A DNA stretch of 64,000 nt. Source: a virus. Within the stretch, counting starts at the first letter, position 1; each line of letters starts with the position of its first letter. This document shows, piece by piece, positions 57,660 to 64,000 of the stretch. Both the position numbers and the translations under genes were made by a program. The DNA lies in IMG/VR virus record IMGVR_UViG_3300022885_000010; one strand, written 5' to 3'. The notes under the pieces are model-generated. The model was not told the DNA's origin, ran no database searches, and was given only the letters and a program-made list of their open reading frames with translations.

Positions 57660-58520
57660 ATGAAAATTAAAATATTACAAGGTGTCCCAGCATCAGGCAA
57701 GACAACCTACGCATTGGATTACTGCAATAAAAATACAGATTGGTTTCGAGTATCACGTGATGATATTAGAAATATGAGAGGTAAGTATTGGCTTCCTAAA
57801 GATGAGCAAATCATAACAGACATTGAAAAATCATGTATTAAATTTGCATTAGAACACAATAAAAACGTTATAGTTGATGCTATGAACCTAAATCCAAATC
57901 ATCTTAGAACATTAAAAGATTATATCAAATCTATAGATCCAAATACACAAATCACAATTAAGAAGTTTCATGTGGATATTGTAGTTGCTATTGATAGAGA
58001 TTCTAAACGTAGTAATCCAGTAGGAGAAAAGGTTATTAGAGAAATATATAATAAGTATTTCAAAATAGAACCTAAAGTCTTAAAACAAGATATATCATTA
58101 CCATCAGCTATTATATGTGATATTGATGGTACTATTGCTGATAGAGTAGATAGAAGTCCATTTGAATGGGATAGAGTAGATGAGGATATTGCTATACAAC
58201 CAATTATAGATATAATTTGTAAGTATAATGAATTAGGAACTGAAATTATATTTTTGTCTGGTAGAGATGGCGTGTGTTATGATAAAACTTTAAAGTGGAT
58301 AAATAATAACGTTGGATTTACAACGTTAGATACTAAGTTGTATATGAGAGATGAGGGTGATATGCGTAAAGATAATATAATCAAAACAGAATTATTCGAT
58401 AAGCATATCAGAGATAAATACAATGTATTGTTTGTATTGGATGATAGAGATCAAGTTGTTAAGATGTGGAGAGAAGAGATGGGTCTAACTTGTTTACAAG
58501 TAAATTATGGAGACTTCTGA
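57660..58520 (+). CDS. pseT: Polynucleotide 5'-kinase/3'-phosphatase (T4 PNKP-like)
   Basis: GVPASGKTT, SRDDIR; HAD ICDIDGT, LSGRD, DDRDQVV.MWR. Confidence 0.93.
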   Translation: MKIKILQGVPASGKTTYALDYCNKNTDWFRVSRDDIRNMRGKYWLPKDEQIITDIEKSCIKFALEHNKNVIVDAMNLNPNHLRTLKDYIKSIDPNTQITIKKFHVDIVVAIDRDSKRSNPVGEKVIREIYNKYFKIEPKVLKQDISLPSAIICDIDGTIADRVDRSPFEWDRVDEDIAIQPIIDIICKYNELGTEIIFLSGRDGVCYDKTLKWINNNVGFTTLDTKLYMRDEGDMRKDNIIKTELFDKHIRDKYNVLFVLDDRDQVVKMWREEMGLTCLQVNYGDF

Positions 58521-59161
58521 TGGATCGCAAATATGGAGTAGAACCTTTATTATTAGATAATATTAGGATTGATTGTAATGAAATGATGTTATATATGTAT
58601 TTGCCTATTTACATAGAAGATTTACATGATAATATCAGAGTTCCAGAGAGATTAAAAATATTTAATTCATTGATATATAGTTCTATTGGTAACGTTCAAT
58701 CTATGGATATAAAATATAAATATATGTATCTAACTGTTAAATGTAGGTATGTAGATAGATATAACTTAGCTAATAGACCAGGTTGGCACTCTGATGGCTT
58801 TGGTACTGATGATATTAATGTTATATGGTGTGATAATGATCCAACTGTATTTTCTATACAAGACTTTGATTTATCTGATGACCATAATCTTTCTATGAAA
58901 GAGATGACTAATCAATGTAATCCGATAAACAATAAAACTTATAATAGTTATGATTTGTTATTATTAGATCAATACGTTATACATAGAAGTCCTATTATAG
59001 AAGATGCAAAAATAAGAACGTTTTTTAAATTGAGTTTCTCTAATTATAGATATAATTTAATAGGTAATTCTCATAATTATTTATTTGATTATAAGTGGGA
59101 TATGCATCAACGACAAATAGAACGAAATCATCCAATATATGAAGAATCTGATATTTCATGA
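58520..59161 (+). CDS. Putative Fe(II)/2-oxoglutarate-dependent oxygenase
   Basis: NRPGWHSDG (HxD), distal IHRSP, RTFFK. Confidence 0.65.
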   Translation: MDRKYGVEPLLLDNIRIDCNEMMLYMYLPIYIEDLHDNIRVPERLKIFNSLIYSSIGNVQSMDIKYKYMYLTVKCRYVDRYNLANRPGWHSDGFGTDDINVIWCDNDPTVFSIQDFDLSDDHNLSMKEMTNQCNPINNKTYNSYDLLLLDQYVIHRSPIIEDAKIRTFFKLSFSNYRYNLIGNSHNYLFDYKWDMHQRQIERNHPIYEESDIS

Positions 59162-59352
59162 TACTTAAAAAATTATATATTGATGAAATCCATATTCTTA
59201 TACGGATATTTAAATTTAATCTTAATATTAAGCGAGTTTATTGGGAAAATAGTAATGGATTTTGGGTAAAAAACGAATTTGATTCTAATAATAATGAAAT
59301 TTATTATGAAGATAGTAATGGAATTATCGATGATAACAGACCTAAAAAATGA
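59158..59352 (+). CDS. 21-aa repeat family protein (short)
   Basis: MILKKLYIDEI cap, RPKK end. Confidence 0.8.
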   Translation: MILKKLYIDEIHILIRIFKFNLNIKRVYWENSNGFWVKNEFDSNNNEIYYEDSNGIIDDNRPKK

Positions 59353-59579
59353 TACTTAAAAAATTATATATTGATACTGTAATTCATAATCCTATAGTGC
59401 TATTTGATTCTAATAATAATGAAATTTATTGGGAATATAGTAATGGACTTTGGGTAAAAATAGAATATGATTCTAATAATAATGAAATTTATTGTGAATA
59501 TAATGATGGATTTTGGGTAAAAAGAGAATATGATTCTAATAATAATCAAATTTATCGTGAAGATAGTAATGGTAAATAA
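59349..59579 (+). CDS. 21-aa repeat family protein, C-cap frameshifted
   Basis: DNRPKI cap present in shifted frame just after the stop. Confidence 0.75.
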   Translation: MILKKLYIDTVIHNPIVLFDSNNNEIYWEYSNGLWVKIEYDSNNNEIYCEYNDGFWVKREYDSNNNQIYREDSNGK

Positions 59580-59598
59580 AGGATAATAGACCTAAGAT

Positions 59599-59967
59599 AT
59601 GATACTTAAAAAATTATATATTGATGAAATCCATAATCCTATAGTGCTATTTGATTCTAATAATAATGAAATTTATTGGGAATATAATGATGGATTTTGG
59701 GTAAAAAGAGAATTTGATTCTAATAATAATCGAATTTATCGTGAAGATAGTAATGGATTTTGGGTAAAAAGCGAATTTGATTCTAATAATAATGAAATTT
59801 ATTGGGAATATAATGATGGATTTTGGGTAAAAAGAGAATATGATTCTAATAATAATGAAATTTATTATGAACATAGTGATGGAATTATACGAGGTAAAAG
59901 ACCTAACAAAAATAAAATTTGGAAGTTAATAAATAATTTCGTAAGTTTGTATTATAATTTTAAATAA
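59599..59967 (+). CDS. 21-aa repeat family protein reading through the promoter
   Basis: Ends RPNKNKIWKLINNFVSLYYNFK. Confidence 0.85.
   Translation: MILKKLYIDEIHNPIVLFDSNNNEIYWEYNDGFWVKREFDSNNNRIYREDSNGFWVKSEFDSNNNEIYWEYNDGFWVKREYDSNNNEIYYEHSDGIIRGKRPNKNKIWKLINNFVSLYYNFK
59909..59949 (+). promoter_or_regulatory. Bacteroidota-type promoter copy 18
   Basis: AAAATAAAA-TTTG-N20-TAAGTTTG. Confidence 0.85.
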
Positions 59968-59983
59968 CATTAGAAAAAGTAAA

Positions 59984-60739
59984 ATGAATAAATACTATAT
60001 AAAATATCTCATCAACAAATTCAGAATCAGATTTAACAAATATATGTATAATGAATATTGGACTACTATCAAGCAAGAGACTATAGAATTAAAATCTCGT
60101 ATCAAAAATGAATGCTCTGAAATGAACACTAATAGACATGCTAATACTAAGTTATTAAATAGCAAATGTTCCAAATGTGATAGTAGAAATGTCATAGATA
60201 AATACGAACGAATTAAAGGTAAAGGTTCGTTTGATATGTCTGGTAGTTCTGTTTTCGGAATTGGGTCTATGTCTGGTCGTAGTAACATTTCACTTGATAC
60301 TAAAATTGTTAATGAATGTAGTGATTGTGGTAATCAATGGAAAAAAGCTAATTATAATTATAATTATCCATCTACTGGATTTGATAGTTATATTAATGAA
60401 GTTTACTGGTTTAGATATAGACATAACAATTTAACATCTGTAACATATGACGTTACTGATGCGTCAGAAAGTTATGATTCGTTAGAAGCAAAAGAGGAGG
60501 ATTTGAAACTATATGTACGATCTACAACCAATGCAATCAAGAAATATTCTAATGGAATTAGTATAGATACTTTATTAGAACTATATAAATTCAAACCAAT
60601 TGGTTATAGGTTTTCTGTAAGGAATTGTATCGCATTTTATAAAGGAAAATATAAAGAAGAATGTTTACGTTTATTTGATGTATATGACTTACAAGATAAA
60701 TTAATCCGAGATAAGAAAAATACTAAAGGAATTAAATGA
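59984..60739 (+). CDS. hypothetical protein with split CxxC..CxxC zinc ribbon
   Basis: CSKC ... CSDCGNQW. Confidence 0.65.
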   Translation: MNKYYIKYLINKFRIRFNKYMYNEYWTTIKQETIELKSRIKNECSEMNTNRHANTKLLNSKCSKCDSRNVIDKYERIKGKGSFDMSGSSVFGIGSMSGRSNISLDTKIVNECSDCGNQWKKANYNYNYPSTGFDSYINEVYWFRYRHNNLTSVTYDVTDASESYDSLEAKEEDLKLYVRSTTNAIKKYSNGISIDTLLELYKFKPIGYRFSVRNCIAFYKGKYKEECLRLFDVYDLQDKLIRDKKNTKGIK

Positions 60740-60921
60740 TTGAAATAACGATATTAGGATTAACATTTTTAATCATGGCATTAATAACTTTAATTATTAG
60801 TGTGTTTACTAATGACGAGTTTACAGATATTATTGGTGCATTTGCATTTATATCAATGGTATGCTTTATTGTTTCATTTGGAGTTTGGATTTATAATTTG
60901 TTATTGGGATTAATAAAATGA
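60736..60921 (+). CDS. Small two-TM membrane protein
   Basis: Almost entirely hydrophobic. Confidence 0.6.
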   Translation: MIEITILGLTFLIMALITLIISVFTNDEFTDIIGAFAFISMVCFIVSFGVWIYNLLLGLIK

Positions 60922-61529
60922 AAATATTACATTTGTATAGTGGTATTGGTGGGAATAGAAAGTTGTGGGGTAATGAACACCAAATTACAGCCGTTGAATT
61001 TGACCCTGATATTGCAGCAATTTATAAATCATATTTCCCTAATGATAAAGTAATTGTAGCAGATGCACATCAATTTTTATTAGAGAATTACAAGGATTAT
61101 GATTTCATTTGGAGCAGTCCACCTTGTCAAACACATTCAAGATTACTTACTTCTTGGAAAAACCAACCTAAATTCCAAAAACATATTAAATATCCTGATA
61201 TGAAGTTATATCAAGAGATACTATTTTTAAAACATTGGTTTGATGGTAAATATGTAGTTGAAAATGTAATTCCATACTATAAAGCATTGATAGAGCCAAC
61301 GATAGAATTACATAGACATAACTTTTGGACTAATATATCTTTAACTAAAAGAACATTTGAAGATGATAGAAAGCATAGGAACATTGAAGATAATACAACT
61401 GTATATGGTTTTAGTTTGGAAGGTATGAAGATAAAGGGTAAACGTCAAATATTAAGAAATTTAGTTAATCCTGAAGTTGGGAAGTACATATTAGATTCTC
61501 TAACTGATGATAATGTTAATCCATATTAA
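60918..61529 (+). CDS. Short C5-cytosine DNA methyltransferase
   Basis: LYSGIGG (motif I), SPPCQ (IV), VENV (VI). Confidence 0.88.
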   Translation: MKILHLYSGIGGNRKLWGNEHQITAVEFDPDIAAIYKSYFPNDKVIVADAHQFLLENYKDYDFIWSSPPCQTHSRLLTSWKNQPKFQKHIKYPDMKLYQEILFLKHWFDGKYVVENVIPYYKALIEPTIELHRHNFWTNISLTKRTFEDDRKHRNIEDNTTVYGFSLEGMKIKGKRQILRNLVNPEVGKYILDSLTDDNVNPY

Positions 61530-61540
61530 GTAAAGGTAAA

Positions 61541-61843
61541 ATGATGAAAGATATTGCAAATATAGCTTTGGTTGGTATCGTCTTATTCTATCTGATGATA
61601 CTTACTATTGAAAATAGTAATAGAATTAGAATTGAATTTCCATACAAATATACACCTGAAGAGTTACATGATGATAGTAATATAATATATAGATATGTTA
61701 AATGGGATAAGTGGAATAAAAGAATTGTAAAATTTAAAACTGATGAATTAGTTATACCAGTTATGAGAATAGTTAAGTGCAATGATGGTAAGATTGATAC
61801 GTTTTATAGATATAAACAACCGATGAATTATATAATATTTTAA
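61541..61843 (+). CDS. hypothetical membrane-anchored protein
   Basis: N-terminal hydrophobic segment. Confidence 0.55.
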   Translation: MMKDIANIALVGIVLFYLMILTIENSNRIRIEFPYKYTPEELHDDSNIIYRYVKWDKWNKRIVKFKTDELVIPVMRIVKCNDGKIDTFYRYKQPMNYIIF

Positions 61844-61883
61844 AAATAAAATTTGGAAGTTAATAAATAATTTCGTAAGTTTG
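61843..61883 (+). promoter_or_regulatory. Bacteroidota-type promoter copy 19
   Basis: AAAATAAAA-TTTG-N20-TAAGTTTG. Confidence 0.85.
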
Positions 61884-61913
61884 TAAATTAATAATCAAAG
61901 AAAAGGAATAAAA

Positions 61914-62342
61914 ATGTCAAAATACAAAGTAACTGATGAATATGCTAAATATTTAGAATTAGAAAATAAAATAGAATCGTTAGGAGGATTTGATTATGGT
62001 TATCTAATAAGTTCAAACGTAAAAATGATATTTAAAAAATTATATATGAATAAAGTCGATTATTCTATATGGATAAACGATTCCAATAATAATCAAATTT
62101 ATATTGGTAATGGTGGTGGTTATTGGTTTAGAAGAGAATTTGATTCTAATAATAATGTAATTTATCGTGAAAACAGTGATGGATTTTGGGTAAAAAGCGA
62201 ATTTGATTCTAATAACAATAGAATTTATTATGAAGATAGTGATGGAGATTGGTTTAAAAGTGAATTTGATTCTAATAGTCTTGAAATTTATTGTGAATGT
62301 AGTGATGGAACTATACGAGGTAAAAGACCTAACAAAAAATAA
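61914..62342 (+). CDS. 21-aa repeat family protein with extra unrelated N-terminal segment
   Basis: 37 foreign residues fused before MIFKKLY cap; RPNKK end. Confidence 0.8.
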   Translation: MSKYKVTDEYAKYLELENKIESLGGFDYGYLISSNVKMIFKKLYMNKVDYSIWINDSNNNQIYIGNGGGYWFRREFDSNNNVIYRENSDGFWVKSEFDSNNNRIYYEDSDGDWFKSEFDSNSLEIYCECSDGTIRGKRPNKK

Positions 62343-62376
62343 AATTAGGAATTAACTAAATAATTTCGTAAGTTTG
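62336..62376 (+). promoter_or_regulatory. Bacteroidota-type promoter copy 20
   Basis: AAAATAAAA-TTAG-N20-TAAGTTTG. Confidence 0.85.
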
Positions 62377-62411
62377 TATTATTAAGATAAACAATTAAGG
62401 AATTTATTAAA

Positions 62412-62684
62412 ATGAAACCAATCGAAGTAGTAAAATATGTTAATGATGGAGATACTAAGGGTTTCTGGTGGCATTTCTGGTGGAAGTGGGTAACATTAGG
62501 AACATCTATATTGATTGGATTAAATCTACTGATTTTATCTGATGTACTTGCCCTTGTTAGTTTTGTGTTAGTTTTATTAGTATGTTTGAGTAGAATTGCT
62601 TTTATGGATATTAGTTTATATGGGAGTTATAATGGACGACGTGAAGCAATGGCAAAGTTATTAATTAAAAAATACTTTAGATGA
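62412..62684 (+). CDS. Membrane protein
   Basis: Two hydrophobic segments, Trp-rich. Confidence 0.6.
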   Translation: MKPIEVVKYVNDGDTKGFWWHFWWKWVTLGTSILIGLNLLILSDVLALVSFVLVLLVCLSRIAFMDISLYGSYNGRREAMAKLLIKKYFR

Positions 62685-62942
62685 GATTATTATATTGATA
62701 TTAGATTTAAACATCATACATATTATATTGATTTAATTTATATAAATCGTAACACCAATACATTTAATAGTATTAATGATTGGGTATATAATGAAGATGA
62801 TATTATAAGTTTAACTGATGAATTAAAAGAGAAGTATAATAATATTAATAATGAACATCTATTATCTACCGAAGCAATTGATAGAATCAAAAGAAAATTA
62901 GATTTGTATAATAAAGAATTAAATAACTAACAAAGGATTAAA

Positions 62943-63560
62943 TTGATTAAATATAATATAAATGGAAATTTAATAGTTTCCGATAAAATAGATGAACTAA
63001 TAAATAAACCTATTATCGTTGATGTTATAGGTAATTTTGATGAGAAACAAGATAAAACATTTATTGAAAGTTGCGATAAAGCATTACAAACAGGACAAAC
63101 GATATTACCTATTAGGATTGATTCCTATGGTGGTCATGCGTATTCTGTAATAGGTCTAATGGATTATATTGATAATATAAGAAATCAAGGAATAGAAGTA
63201 GTTACTATATGCGTTGGTAAAGCTATGAGTTGTGGCTCTATACTATTCTGTATGGGTGATAGACGTTATGTAGGTGATAGAAGTATGTTATTATTTCATA
63301 GAGTTTCTGGTTGGACACATGGAAATCAAGATGATATACAAGTTGAGGCAGAAGAAATAAAACGACTTGATAATACAATATATAATGATTTATCAATTAG
63401 AATGGGCAAAGAAAAGAATTATCTTCTTAGCAAGATGAAAGAAAAGAATTATGCTGATTGGTACGTTACGTCGAAGTTAGCAAAAAAAGAAGGAATAGCG
63501 ACTGACATCGGAATACCTACGTTTGAAGTTAATATTGATACAGAATTTGTAATAGGATAA
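62943..63560 (+). CDS. clpP: ClpP-like protease subunit
   Basis: IDSYGG, AMSCGS (catalytic Ser), LFH (catalytic His). Confidence 0.88.
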   Translation: MIKYNINGNLIVSDKIDELINKPIIVDVIGNFDEKQDKTFIESCDKALQTGQTILPIRIDSYGGHAYSVIGLMDYIDNIRNQGIEVVTICVGKAMSCGSILFCMGDRRYVGDRSMLLFHRVSGWTHGNQDDIQVEAEEIKRLDNTIYNDLSIRMGKEKNYLLSKMKEKNYADWYVTSKLAKKEGIATDIGIPTFEVNIDTEFVIG

Positions 63561-63567
63561 AATAACT

Positions 63568-63795
63568 ATGGAAGATGAATTTAAAGCATACGTATTTGAT
63601 TTAGAAACAAGAATTATAGAATTAGAAGATGCGTTACTCAAACAATCTAAATTGTGTAAAACACTTACATACGCCCTATCACAAACACAAACTAATGTTA
63701 TAATGTTAAATAACGTTGTGTATGGCGAAGAAGATGAAGAGATTGACACAGATAAAATTAATTTATTAATTAAAATAGAATCTGAATATGAATAA
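63568..63795 (+). CDS. hypothetical coiled-coil protein
   Basis: ORF track. Confidence 0.55.
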   Translation: MEDEFKAYVFDLETRIIELEDALLKQSKLCKTLTYALSQTQTNVIMLNNVVYGEEDEEIDTDKINLLIKIESEYE

Positions 63796-63930
63796 CGAAG
63801 TTGAATATCTAATGGAATTAGTGCGTAGAAATGATATAATAATATCAGAGAAAAACAGAACTATAAATCAAATGACTGCATGTATAATTGTATTGTTATT
63901 ATCAATTACAGGTATAGTGTTTGGTGTAAA

Positions 63931-64000
63931 ATGAAAGTTAAAAACGTATATGAGAATGATAACTTGATTAGTATATATAAGTATGTTAGTTATGGTGGTA
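63931..64000 (+). CDS. MxxKxxY-tag small protein (3' truncated by window)
   Basis: MKVKNVYEND. Confidence 0.45.
   Translation, partial: MKVKNVYENDNLISIYKYVSYGG

Noticed and set aside
21298-59874. Minus-strand Ile/Phe-rich ORFs at 21298, 49420, 51894, 59647 and alternate-frame ORFs at 35270 and 35773
   Set aside because: Antisense or shifted-frame shadows of the 63-bp repeats
10753-62342. Repeat-gene variation as diversity-generating retroelement output
   Set aside because: Many variable codons are NNT, but that is expected from AT bias; numerous adenines (AAT, GAA, AAA) are invariant, and no reverse transcriptase or non-coding template repeat is visible. Not excluded if an RT lies elsewhere in the genome
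1642-63749. All other short minus-strand ORFs in the track
   Set aside because: Each overlaps a better-supported + strand gene and shows no motif; no minus-strand promoter copy was seen
1-64000. Alternative genetic code (TAG or TGA reassigned)
   Set aside because: All long recognisable enzymes are uninterrupted in the standard code, TGA is used in ATGA overlaps and most TAGs are followed quickly by further stops; no suppressor tRNA seen

Overview
A very AT-rich, entirely + strand-coded 64 kb segment of a large (jumbo-type) phage genome. The host is most likely Bacteroidota: 20 copies of a 41-bp TTTG/TTAG/CTTG..TAAGTTTG promoter match that phylum's primary-sigma consensus. 1-10.1 kb is a dense glycan-biosynthesis operon (GT11 and GT10 fucosyltransferase-like, NeuB/NeuA/HAD, Gmd, aminotransferase, GTs). 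10.7-64 kb is a promoter-punctuated accessory region. It carries two tRNA clusters, each behind a leader-peptide/terminator module, plus ThyX, NadM-Nudix, NADAR, Rnl1-type RNA ligase, PNKP, an amidase endolysin, a MoxR-vWA pair, ClpP, DNA methyltransferases and a 1151-aa beta-propeller protein. Top hunt results: (i) an unannotated tandem array of four covarying Y-RNA-like stem-loops (14114-14490), the last holding a circularly permuted tRNA, directly upstream of a probable Rot/TROVE-TerD gene; (ii) about 22 paralogous genes built from a 63-bp/21-aa repeat with hypervariable positions and swappable caps, whose 3' ends are fused to the host-type promoter; (iii) two further cryptic small-ORF families defined by an N-terminal M-x-[LIFV]-K-x-x-Y tag and a C-terminal Y[IV]xWKL tag; (iv) two oversized tRNA-like RNAs. 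All calls are by eye from motifs; no database searches were run.
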